From positions 586-64,585 of the forward strand of contig JAKAMG010000013.1 in assembly GCA_021812985.1 (NCBI GenBank): 64,000 nucleotides of DNA. The letters are read 5' to 3'. Positions 39,407 to 48,408 of the stretch are shown here, one piece after another. This DNA comes from Bacteroidota bacterium. Its GTDB lineage: Bacteria > Bacteroidota > Ignavibacteria > Kryptoniales > JAKASW01. The notes under the pieces are model-generated. The model was not told where the DNA came from. It saw nothing but the letters and a program-made list of their open reading frames with translations, and did not search any database. Positions within the stretch are counted from its first letter, which is position 1. Every line of letters starts with the position of its first letter. The translations under genes were made by a program, and so were the position numbers.

Positions 39407-39994
39407 TCAGTGAGTGGGAGCCCCTTGCTGCTCCTGTTCCTGCTTGTACTTCTCGTACTTGTCGACCTCACCCTGAAGGTCTTTAAAAGCCTGCGAAGCC
39501 CTATACCTCGTGTACATCTGATTGTTGTTCTTTATCTGCTGCATCAGCGCTTCATTGGCGGCGCCGACAGGATATTCGACGAGAACATATGCACGCCAGA
39601 GCTGACCATCGCGGACAATTTTCTGGCTCTTCACCCTGCTTCCCTGAAGCGTTGTGGAGACGACCGTCTTCTCCGCCTGCGTGAACATCTGGAGGAGCTG
39701 CGCATCGTTGCCCGAACCAGTCTCTTCGGAGAATCTCTTCTGGAGACCTTCGATCTTCACCTGGAGCTGCCTTCCGATATCTGCCCGGGCCGCCTCGGTC
39801 GACTTGTCGACCGCGAGCTGCATGTCCTGCGAAGTCTGTGTGTTCGCCGCGAATAAATAGTTCGGATCCTGCGGAACATTCATATACCAGTCTGGTACGT
39901 CACCGGTATCAGCGGACTGCAGCGACTTTGACCCGCCGCAACCTATCATGAACGCACCGAACAAGGGGAGCAGAAGCAATATCATCTTTTTCAT
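39407..39994 (-). CDS. LPP20-like lipoprotein (first gene of the operon)
   Basis: 195 aa. ACGGAGG RBS. Lipobox FMIGC. Motif PDWYMNVPQDPNYLFAANTQTSQDMQLAVDKSTEAARADIGRQLQVKIEGL. Confidence 0.5.
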   Translation of the reverse strand: MKKMILLLLPLFGAFMIGCGGSKSLQSADTGDVPDWYMNVPQDPNYLFAANTQTSQDMQLAVDKSTEAARADIGRQLQVKIEGLQKRFSEETGSGNDAQLLQMFTQAEKTVVSTTLQGSRVKSQKIVRDGQLWRAYVLVEYPVGAANEALMQQIKNNNQMYTRYRASQAFKDLQGEVDKYEKYKQEQEQQGAPTH

Positions 39995-40338
39995 TATGAC
40001 CTCCGTAGCTTAATAGCTGATGAATTGAATCAATTGGAACCGTACTGATAATATGGAATGGCATCGACCGTTTTGCGGGGCAAATCCGCTTTTTCGAAAA
40101 ATCTAAAAATCCACTGAGTCCGAATCTTCAAGCGCCATCTCCCCTCTGAGCAGTCAAGACTATTCCACTCCCAAGCATACTCCGAACAAACGCCGCTGCA
40201 TCATGCTTGAATCCTGCGTAAAATAGACAGGGGCGTTATGAAAAGCAAACCTACCCTCATCCCAAATGACGCTCCCCTTGTGCTAGCTCAATGGAGATTT
40301 GGCTGCCCGGCAATCCCTCCCTGGAAGAACGCTCCGGT

Positions 40339-42504
40339 TTAGCGATCGAGAACCAATCTCACCTTCTCAAGGATCTCAGCGGGCTTGTAAGGCTTCAGTA
40401 TAAATTCGCTCGCTCCATCTTCGAGGAGCTTTGACCTGGCAGGCGGATCGAGATATCCAGTGGCTATTATCAACCTCACTTCCGGATTTATTGCCTTGAG
40501 CGCTCTCAGGACTTCATCTCCGGACATTTTTGGGAGGCCATAGTCAGAAACCACGAGGTCAATCTCGCCTGACCTGCCGCGATACTTTTCAACCGCCTCG
40601 TCGCCGTCAGCCGCGGTAATTACCCTATAGCCCTTGGACGAAAGTATGGACAACGCGAGTTCCCTCAGCATCTCCTCGTCCTCGACAATGAGGACAGTCT
40701 CGCTTCCCCCCTCAACATCTGTTAGAGCCTCAACACTGTCACACTCATTCTTCTCAGCTTGGGCAGGCACCGGGAAATAGAGCGTGAACACCGAGCCTTT
40801 CCCCACTTCGCTCTGCACGTCGATGAAGCCCTTGTGGTTTTCCATTATCCCAAACACAACCGACAGTCCCAGCCCGGTTCCCTTCCCAGGCTCCTTGGTC
40901 GTAAAGAAGGGTTCAAAGATGTGTCGCCTCGTCTCCTCATCCATGCCTGCGCCGGTATCGCTGACCCTGAGCGTGACGTACCTATCGGCCAAAGCTGACT
41001 GGAATTTCCCCCGCACTTCCACGCCGTCACATTCATCGACCGACAATATAAGGTCGCCTATTCCCTTCATCCCGTCGCGAGCATTCACTGAAAGGTTCAG
41101 AAGTATCTGGTTGATCTGAGTCATGTCCGCGATGACCCTTGGGACGGCAGGATTGATCTCGCATTTCAGGTTCATTGTTTTCGGAAACGTCTCATGGAAA
41201 AATTCCCTGAACTCCCCGAGCGAGTCGCCAATTGAGACCAGTCCGAAAGAGACATCGTTCTTTCGGGCAAACGTAAGCATCTGTCGGACGAGGGCCGCGC
41301 CGCGTTCAGCAGCTTGCGCGATTGCCTTGACCCCGCGGTTTATCCTATCGTTCCCCGAATCAATCCGCCCAATCAGCGCAGAGTGACCGAGGATAACGCC
41401 GAGAAGATTATTGAAGTCATGCGCTATCCCGGCGGCAAGAACTCCTATTGATTCCATCTTTTGAGATTGTATGACCTGCTCCTGAAGGCGCCGTTTCTCG
41501 GTCACGTCCCTGTAATTGACGACAATCCCATGGACGGCAGGGTTATCGAGGAGATTCATGACGTTTGCTTCAACAGACCTCCAAGTTCCGTTCTTGTGTC
41601 TTATCCGCATCTCCAGAGTCACTGTGGCACCCGGCTTGGATCTTATCGACTCGAAAGCAGACAGCGTCGTGGAAACGTCATCTGGATGGACATTTTGTAA
41701 TCCCTGGTTGGCCTCGTCAATCTCGTAGCCGAAGATTCTCTTTCGAGACGGGCTTAGGTAAATGCTGTTGAAGTTCTTGTCGAGGACAGCAATGACATCC
41801 GAACTATTCTCCACAAGCGCGCGCAAGTATTCTTCGCTCTGACGGAGTTTTTCCACCGCCATCTTCTCGTTAGCGATGTCCCGTATTATCAAGCTGGTTC
41901 TCAAGTTGCCATGTCTGTCCTTCAGAATGGCACTAGAGACTTCGGCCGGAAATTTGGATCCGTCATTTCTGATGAGTGTCAGCTCCCCCCTGAATCCTCC
42001 GGTCCTCGCACGCTCTGCCAGGGCACGGGCAGACTGCGGATCATCGGGATCGAGGACGCCGGCACGGCCTGCGGCCTTCAGTTCCTCCTCAGTACGACCG
42101 AATATGCGACACGCCTCGCGATTGGCCTCAAGTATGCCTCCTTGCGGCTCGGTCAGCATAATCGCGTCCAGGCTGTTTTCAAAGAGTGAGCGGTACTTCT
42201 GTTCGCTCTCGAGCAGGGCCTCCTCCGCGCGTTTCCGCTCGGCAGCCTCCAGCTCCCAACGTCTCAGCTGGTTTCTCAGAACAAGGTAGAGGAGTGAAGC
42301 CGTGGCAGATACGAAGAACCACCCCTTGTAAGTCTGAAGAACGCTGAGCGTTCCGACGTCAATCCTCATCGACTCGAGCAATCGATCGGAAAGCGCGATC
42401 CACAGCACCGATATAACCCAGTAAATGAGACTGGTTCGGAGCGCTATCTTCTCTAACTTACTCTTCATTGAGCTGGTCCCTGACAAAAAATCAACATCCG
42501 CCAT
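40339..42504 (-). CDS. Hybrid sensor histidine kinase (TM, PAS x2-3, HisKA, HATPase, receiver)
   Basis: 721 aa. H-box AGIAHDFNNLLG. N/G boxes LSVNARDG, DTGAGM and GTGLGLS. C-terminal REC DLVVSDYGLPKMSG. Confidence 0.85.
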   Translation of the reverse strand: MADVDFLSGTSSMKSKLEKIALRTSLIYWVISVLWIALSDRLLESMRIDVGTLSVLQTYKGWFFVSATASLLYLVLRNQLRRWELEAAERKRAEEALLESEQKYRSLFENSLDAIMLTEPQGGILEANREACRIFGRTEEELKAAGRAGVLDPDDPQSARALAERARTGGFRGELTLIRNDGSKFPAEVSSAILKDRHGNLRTSLIIRDIANEKMAVEKLRQSEEYLRALVENSSDVIAVLDKNFNSIYLSPSRKRIFGYEIDEANQGLQNVHPDDVSTTLSAFESIRSKPGATVTLEMRIRHKNGTWRSVEANVMNLLDNPAVHGIVVNYRDVTEKRRLQEQVIQSQKMESIGVLAAGIAHDFNNLLGVILGHSALIGRIDSGNDRINRGVKAIAQAAERGAALVRQMLTFARKNDVSFGLVSIGDSLGEFREFFHETFPKTMNLKCEINPAVPRVIADMTQINQILLNLSVNARDGMKGIGDLILSVDECDGVEVRGKFQSALADRYVTLRVSDTGAGMDEETRRHIFEPFFTTKEPGKGTGLGLSVVFGIMENHKGFIDVQSEVGKGSVFTLYFPVPAQAEKNECDSVEALTDVEGGSETVLIVEDEEMLRELALSILSSKGYRVITAADGDEAVEKYRGRSGEIDLVVSDYGLPKMSGDEVLRALKAINPEVRLIIATGYLDPPARSKLLEDGASEFILKPYKPAEILEKVRLVLDR

Positions 42505-42674
42505 TGGAGATGCTAAGGTACGGAAACTGCGGGAGGGTCAGTGTTTTGCTGTAAAGCCTCCCTGACACATTTATAACGATAATGTATCAAGGGCGCGGAC
42601 AAACTTCAACAAAGCGGCTCACATCCAATCTCTCTCGAGGGCGTCGCAGCGTGATGAAACCAGCAGGGCGAGAG

Positions 42675-43610
42675 TCAGATGACGGACACCCTCCTCCGAA
42701 AGGCGTCGAGTAAACCGGGACTGATTTCGGGGGTACCGCCAGGCTGTGTGACTGCATAGGCTCCGAGTAGGTTGGCGTTTTCAATCATCTCCTCGTCGCG
42801 CCCGCCTCGCGTAAATGTGGTAAGGAGGCCGGCCAGGAACGCGTCACCAGCGCCGACGCTGTTGACCACCTCGGCCTTGAATCCCGGATGACGGGTCCAC
42901 CTCCCGTCATGCCAGAGGCCGCCCCCACTTGCCCCAAAGGAAACGGCTACGATCCGTAATGAGAACTTCTTCCCCAATACTGCAGCCGCATCCTCATCCC
43001 GCGATGGCAGGCCAAACCAGCGTCCGATTACACCGAGCTCCGAAGCGTTAACCTTGACTATGTCCGCCTTGTCCAGCAGGTGTTCCACGATATCTTTGGA
43101 ATCGAAGCCGGTCCTGAGGTTCACGTCAAGTACGTTGAGTGTCGCTTCGTCCGCTAACCCATAAACTGCCCTTCTAGATACTTCACCCCGACAGGCCAGC
43201 GTGCCGAACACGATCATCTCTGCCTTTCTGACGGCGCGCAACGCGGCTTCATTCGCCTCAATCGAATCCCACGCCACGGGTTCGCATATCCTGTAGCTCG
43301 GTTCACCCTTCTCATCTACAACCACCTCGACAAAACCCGTCTGATGCGTGTCGTCAATCTGGATGAGCTCGGTTGGAATGCCGCCCTTTTCCACCCTCCT
43401 GATGGCCTCCTCTCCCAGAAAATCTCTTCCGACTCTGCTTATCACGCGCACTGCACAGCCGAGCGCACGCAGGTCGTGTGCCACGTTGTATGGCGCACCT
43501 CCCAGGAAAAGACCGGAAGGAAGTGAGTCCCACAGAATTTCACCCACACAGATTATTTCGTCATTCATTCGATCTTCGACTCTTTTCAGAAGATACTCCA
43601 CTGGACCCAT
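42675..43610 (-). CDS. PfkB-family carbohydrate kinase (fructokinase-like)
   Basis: 311 aa. N-terminal GEILWD. C-terminal ATP-site motif VNSVGAGDAFLAGLL. Confidence 0.8.
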   Translation of the reverse strand: MGPVEYLLKRVEDRMNDEIICVGEILWDSLPSGLFLGGAPYNVAHDLRALGCAVRVISRVGRDFLGEEAIRRVEKGGIPTELIQIDDTHQTGFVEVVVDEKGEPSYRICEPVAWDSIEANEAALRAVRKAEMIVFGTLACRGEVSRRAVYGLADEATLNVLDVNLRTGFDSKDIVEHLLDKADIVKVNASELGVIGRWFGLPSRDEDAAAVLGKKFSLRIVAVSFGASGGGLWHDGRWTRHPGFKAEVVNSVGAGDAFLAGLLTTFTRGGRDEEMIENANLLGAYAVTQPGGTPEISPGLLDAFRRRVSVI

Positions 43611-43671
43611 CTAATAAAATGATACCGGTCCATGACACTTCAGCCGGCGAATCAACTTCTCCTGGAAGGTT

Positions 43672-44052
43672 TCATCGCGGAGACTTGAATTTAGACTTGC
43701 GGATAACGGTGGCGAGGGCATTCGCGGCGTTATATTCTTCCTCCCGCGAGGCATAAAGAAGCGTCACGTTCCCTTTCGCGAGCCGGTCGAGTATCTCACC
43801 AATGAAGGATGGATCGGCGTCGAGTTCTGATCGATACCTCTCCATGAACTCCGGCCATTTGGCCGGCTCGTGGTTGAACCACTTGCGTAGTTCTGTCGAC
43901 GGAGCTATTTCCTTGAGCCAGACGTCTAGGGCCGCCCTCTCCCTGGAAACGCCTCTGGGCCACAACCTTTCCACGAACACCCTGTAGCCGTCGTCTTTTG
44001 ATGGGGGCTGATATATCCTCTTCACCCTGAGCTCGCCTTTCATCACTCGCAC
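43672..44052 (-). CDS. DUF488 (YeaO-like) family protein
   Basis: About 123-126 aa. Carries VKRIYQPPSKDDGYRVFVERLWPRGVSRE...WLKEIAPSTELRKWFNHEP. Confidence 0.7.
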   Translation of the reverse strand: MRVMKGELRVKRIYQPPSKDDGYRVFVERLWPRGVSRERAALDVWLKEIAPSTELRKWFNHEPAKWPEFMERYRSELDADPSFIGEILDRLAKGNVTLLYASREEEYNAANALATVIRKSKFKSPR

Positions 44053-44094
44053 TCCTCTTTGTCACCGGACCTCTCCCCGAGGCGGGAAAGCAGG

Positions 44095-45912
44095 TCAGGA
44101 AGTCTGAAGCTTTCTTCCAGTTTCCTTTTTCGCGCTGAATTTCTTTTCGACAACCTCTGGGGGAAGAATTCCCTCCTCGGCAAGTTTTTTCAGACGAGCC
44201 GAGATTACCTGCGCTCGTCCCAGATAGCCGACCACCTTCCGCACATCGTCCCTGTTCACTACAGGAAGCCTGCCGATGTCATGATGCAGCATCCTGACAA
44301 CCGCATCATAAAGTGGCTCGCTCTGGAACGCGAGGACGAGGTCCTTCGCACCAGCCTCAAGAATACTCTTATCACCCGCTCCCGACCGCATCGCCCTTCG
44401 CACGTCCTCGTGAGTGATAATTCCAACGAGACGGCCATCGCCGTCCACAATCAGCACACCTTTATGCCGGTTCACATCAGAGTCACCGTGGGCTATTTTC
44501 TCTGAAAGCTCGCTGACCTTCATCTCCTGCCGGAGCGTCGCCACATCAGTGTCCATAACGTCCGACACAGGGACGCGTTTAAATATGTCAGCTTCATAAT
44601 CCTGAGGAATGAGGAGTCCCCTTCGGACAAGCTTCTCAGTCACGACGGAATTCTTGTACAGGACATACGCGACCCCTGAAGCTACAACACCGACCAGCAT
44701 GAGAGGAAGGACTGAATCGAAATTCCGGGTCATCTCGAGCGGGAAGATGATGAAGGCGAAGGTAGATCGCACAGAGGCGCCGAAGACAGCCCCCATCCCA
44801 ACAAGCGCGAAAGCGCCCGGTGATAGATCAGCACCGGGCACGATGCGATTCACAACCAGCGCGAACAAACCGCCGATTGCGGCACCTATCATGAAGACCG
44901 GCGCCAGTAGTCCTCCAGATGTCCTGGTGCCGAGTGAAAGAATCAATGCTGCAAACTTCGTGACGAGCAAAACCAGGAGAAATGACAACGTGAATTGGTT
45001 CGCGAGTATCGCGCCGATCGTATCGTAACCCGGACCGAAAATTCTTGGCACCAGGAATCCGAGCACTCCCACCCCCAAAGCACCTATTGAGGGGAGTATG
45101 TAGGGACTGATATGAAGTTTCTCAAACTGATCTTCCGTCCAATAGAGAGTCTTTATGAAGGACACAGCAGCTAATCCGCACAGCACTCCAAGTGCAACGT
45201 AGTAAGGGAGAGCGGAGGAAAATCTGAAGTCCAGAGAGCCGATCGGGAACATGGCGCCCGATTGCATTGTCTGGAAACGAACAGCGGTCGCCAGGCTGCT
45301 CGCGATCACGAGCGGAATGAACGAGCGGGTTCGGAACTCGAAGAGAAGAATTTCGATGGCCATGATGACTCCCGAAATGGGAGTCCCAAATGTGGCTGCC
45401 AGGCCTGCGGCGGAGCCGCAGGCCAGAAGTATGCGCCTTTCCGACTCGGTTGTCTTGAGAATTTGCCCGACGAAGGATCCGACGGCGCCGCCCGTTTGTA
45501 TGATAGGCCCCTCTGCGCCGAAAGGCCCGCCGGTACCGATGACAATGGCCGCGGAAAGGGGCTTCCAAATTGCCACCTTTCCGGGTATCCTGCTCTTATT
45601 CGTAACCACTGCCTCCAGAGCTTCCGGAAGTCCGTGTCCCTGAATTTGCTCGGTGCCGTACTTTGACATCAGTCCTACTAGCAGCCCCCCTATCACCGGC
45701 ATTAGTATTGCCAGATATCCGATCTGGGTGTTTACTTCGCTTACAAAATGAAACGAGACGACATGATAAAACACGATATTCGTAATCAACGCTATCAGAT
45801 GGTACAGTACAAACATGATGAGCCCTGTACCTACGCCTATTAGGGCCGCAAGCGTTGATATAAATAATAGTCTGGAGCCATTTTCTTCTGCTAACTGAGG
45901 CGCGCGTGACAT
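44095..45912 (-). CDS. ClC-family anion channel/antiporter with a C-terminal CBS pair
   Basis: 605 aa. ClC motifs GHGLPE (position of GSGIPE), GAEGP (position of GREGP, Glu retained) and GGLLAP (position of GxFxP). Two CBS-like repeats lie after about residue 440. Confidence 0.85.
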   Translation of the reverse strand: MSRAPQLAEENGSRLLFISTLAALIGVGTGLIMFVLYHLIALITNIVFYHVVSFHFVSEVNTQIGYLAILMPVIGGLLVGLMSKYGTEQIQGHGLPEALEAVVTNKSRIPGKVAIWKPLSAAIVIGTGGPFGAEGPIIQTGGAVGSFVGQILKTTESERRILLACGSAAGLAATFGTPISGVIMAIEILLFEFRTRSFIPLVIASSLATAVRFQTMQSGAMFPIGSLDFRFSSALPYYVALGVLCGLAAVSFIKTLYWTEDQFEKLHISPYILPSIGALGVGVLGFLVPRIFGPGYDTIGAILANQFTLSFLLVLLVTKFAALILSLGTRTSGGLLAPVFMIGAAIGGLFALVVNRIVPGADLSPGAFALVGMGAVFGASVRSTFAFIIFPLEMTRNFDSVLPLMLVGVVASGVAYVLYKNSVVTEKLVRRGLLIPQDYEADIFKRVPVSDVMDTDVATLRQEMKVSELSEKIAHGDSDVNRHKGVLIVDGDGRLVGIITHEDVRRAMRSGAGDKSILEAGAKDLVLAFQSEPLYDAVVRMLHHDIGRLPVVNRDDVRKVVGYLGRAQVISARLKKLAEEGILPPEVVEKKFSAKKETGRKLQTS

Positions 45913-45989
45913 AGTTATCCTGCTTTAATCTGATTCTTCCACAAAGGACAACCGTTTTGCGCCCTAAAAAGTTCTGGCTTTATACCGGT

Positions 45990-46904
45990 TCATGCGGCGG
46001 CAAGGCCGTCAAAGGACTCCTTGAAAACCCTGGCCCTGTGTGAAGCTTGAAGAGTTCTGTTGATCATCGGGTAGAGAATGAGTTCCTCCTTCTTGTTGTG
46101 GACAGCCAGTTTGCCTATCAGCAGGTCTGTTCTCGACCTGAGCGATTCTTCATCAATGTCCTCTAAGGATGGAGATATGATCGAGACGATTTCCCTATGC
46201 TCTGAGATCATGACCTGGACTGGCCCCATTTGCCCCGGATTGGCGTGCTCCTCGAACGCCGGGAAGAGCACAGTCTCCTCCAGTTCGATATGCTTCAGGA
46301 GCTGTCCCCTCATTCTTGAATAGTAATGCCTCGCCGCGTCCAGATGGACTCCCGGCATCCTCATGCGGGACATATTGAGATCTATCCTTTTATGATCGAG
46401 TTCGAATAGCGACCAGATGTCGCTCCTTTTCTTCTCGCCCTCGACGCGATGCGCTTCGGTGATGAGGTTCTCCATCTCGCCTTCGGACATCTTGTTCGAC
46501 AACCGCGGCATAAGGATGTTCTCTTCTTCGAGAAAATGAGCATTGAGGAGTTCCATGAACCTTGCCGATTCTGAAATGATCAACGATGCTCCCCCTGTCC
46601 CGAGGGCATTCCCTATCGACTCGAGCAGTTCCTTTATCTCCCTGTGTTCCCGAACCATTTTGTCTACAAACTCAGCATTGGCGTCCGCATTATAAAGAGT
46701 CGACTCCTCGGCCTCCGCATGCGCGAGAAGAAACTCTCCGCAATACGAGACAAGGAGTGACGCTTCGGCGGGATCAGCCTTTGTCCTTTCCACCAGTTCC
46801 CTTATCGTGCCAATTAATTTCTCGTGATGCGCGTGCAATTTTTCCATCGTTGTCATAGTTCCTCCAGTTTTAAATATTCGTGAACGGTCGGGATCATGCG
46901 TCAA
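45990..46904 (-). CDS. Tandem hemerythrin-like (HHE cation-binding) domain protein
   Basis: 304 aa. Two repeats carry H...HxxxEE...H patterns (LAHAEAEESTLY, VREHREIKEL, NAHFLEEENILMP; KHIELEETVLFPAF, ISEHREIVSI, HNKKEELILYP). ATGA overlap with the SCO gene. Confidence 0.7.
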   Translation of the reverse strand: MTHDPDRSRIFKTGGTMTTMEKLHAHHEKLIGTIRELVERTKADPAEASLLVSYCGEFLLAHAEAEESTLYNADANAEFVDKMVREHREIKELLESIGNALGTGGASLIISESARFMELLNAHFLEEENILMPRLSNKMSEGEMENLITEAHRVEGEKKRSDIWSLFELDHKRIDLNMSRMRMPGVHLDAARHYYSRMRGQLLKHIELEETVLFPAFEEHANPGQMGPVQVMISEHREIVSIISPSLEDIDEESLRSRTDLLIGKLAVHNKKEELILYPMINRTLQASHRARVFKESFDGLAAA

Positions 46905-47590
46905 CCTCTTCTGCGGGCGCGCTCTGCCTTTTTAATAGCATTAACAACGTCGCCGATAGGTTTGTTCAGCCCTGTGTGCCTGTAAATTATGTCGCCGGAT
47001 TCATCCAGCACCGCGATCAAGCTCGAGTGCTGGAAGTCTCCGTCGGCTTTCTTTTCGAATTCCACCCCGAGCTCAGCTGCAAGTGTCCTGTCATCTCCTT
47101 CGCTTCCCGTCAGGAGCAGCCAATCCGTGCTATCGATTTCTTCTGATTCGGCAAGCTTGCGCAAGGCTGCGGGAGAATCCCTTTCAGGATCGAAGGATAC
47201 AAGGACAAACCCCACTCTATCCCTCAATCCTGACGGGAGAGCACGGGAGATCCTCTTCATGTCGTTAATCGTCAGTGGGCAGGCATAAGTACAGTGTGAG
47301 TAAAACATCGCGATGACACGCACCTTCCCTTCAAGACCTGACAGCTTCATCCTTTCTCCGTTTTGGTCGGTCCATTGAGAATTCACGTGATATATGGAAT
47401 TGCCGCTGATACCTCCCTCAGTCCCCGGCGCGATGCAGCATGAATCTCTCTGCAGCCCATACCGGTTTCCCAATTCAGGAGCAGACCGATCTGCGGCTCC
47501 CTCATTGCTGCGGCTCTGATGATGCCCGGCAATCATGATGAATGACGCCATCAACGCGGCGGCCAGAAGAGCAATTATTGGATTTCTCAC
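46901..47590 (-). CDS. SCO1/SenC-family copper chaperone (thioredoxin fold)
   Basis: Start proposed at GTG 47590, which has a GGGAGGA RBS and a GTGA overlap with the nirV stop. This gives the membrane anchor MRNPIIALLAAALMASFIMIAG. CxxxC motif FYSHCTYACP. Confidence 0.75.
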   Translation of the reverse strand: MRNPIIALLAAALMASFIMIAGHHQSRSNEGAADRSAPELGNRYGLQRDSCCIAPGTEGGISGNSIYHVNSQWTDQNGERMKLSGLEGKVRVIAMFYSHCTYACPLTINDMKRISRALPSGLRDRVGFVLVSFDPERDSPAALRKLAESEEIDSTDWLLLTGSEGDDRTLAAELGVEFEKKADGDFQHSSLIAVLDESGDIIYRHTGLNKPIGDVVNAIKKAERARRRG

Positions 47591-48408
47591 TTCATCCTCC
47601 CTTTGATTTGATGGACATCTATCGCCCCCCTGAAGCCGACATTCGGAAGGCAATATTCAGGCTTGAGTCCGCTCATAAACGCGTACCTTAGGAAAGCAGC
47701 ATAATCTGTCGGGTCGCTGAAACCCGATGACGCGCCGCCGCACGACGACATGGCCGAGGAACCATCCGCGCTCCCGGCAAGGAGCACGCTGCTGTAGTCC
47801 TCCACCCACTCCCAGAGTCTCTCGCTCGTGAGTGATCGGGGAAACTCCCCGGCGGTCGGGACGGTCAAGCGGTCTGCCTTCCCCTTCTCATGGCCGTACC
47901 ATGCAGTCAATTCCTTTCTCAGCGCTTCCTCATCCCCCGAAACATGTCTGCCGATTCCGGACGCGTAGTCCCATTCGTTCAGAGTCGGCAGCCTCTTTCC
48001 CCTCCACTCGCAGTAGGCCCTTGCAGCGTACCATGAGACATAAGTCACGGGATCGTTCGGTGAGGCGTGCACCCCGAGACTCAGGTCTCCGCTCCAGTTT
48101 ATAAGGTACTCCCTGTCAGCGAATATGCGTTTCACCCTCGAACGCCTCCATTCAGGATTTCCCTTGACGAACCGGAGATATTCCGCGTTTGTCACGGGAC
48201 TCCTGTCCAGAAGAAAGGATTTCACCACGACCTCGACAGATCTCCCCGCCTCCCTGGCGAACTGGACGAAGCTCCCGCCATTGATTAGGACCATATTGCC
48301 GTACGACCGTTTTGCAGCGTTCCCCTCTGCAACCGAGACACCCGAAGCCAGGAGGACCGCGAGTACGGCCGCAAAGAGGCGAGGGACGTCTAAGACTTTA
48401 CTCTTCAT
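47587..48408 (-). CDS. nirV: NirV-like formylglycine-generating-enzyme (SUMF1) family protein
   Basis: 273 aa with a signal peptide. FGE-type motifs LDRSPVTNAEYLRFV and YVSWYAARAYCEWRGKRLPTLNEWDYA. ATGA overlap with nirK. The position directly after nirK is the classical nirV location. Confidence 0.72.
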   Translation of the reverse strand: MKSKVLDVPRLFAAVLAVLLASGVSVAEGNAAKRSYGNMVLINGGSFVQFAREAGRSVEVVVKSFLLDRSPVTNAEYLRFVKGNPEWRRSRVKRIFADREYLINWSGDLSLGVHASPNDPVTYVSWYAARAYCEWRGKRLPTLNEWDYASGIGRHVSGDEEALRKELTAWYGHEKGKADRLTVPTAGEFPRSLTSERLWEWVEDYSSVLLAGSADGSSAMSSCGGASSGFSDPTDYAAFLRYAFMSGLKPEYCLPNVGFRGAIDVHQIKGRMK

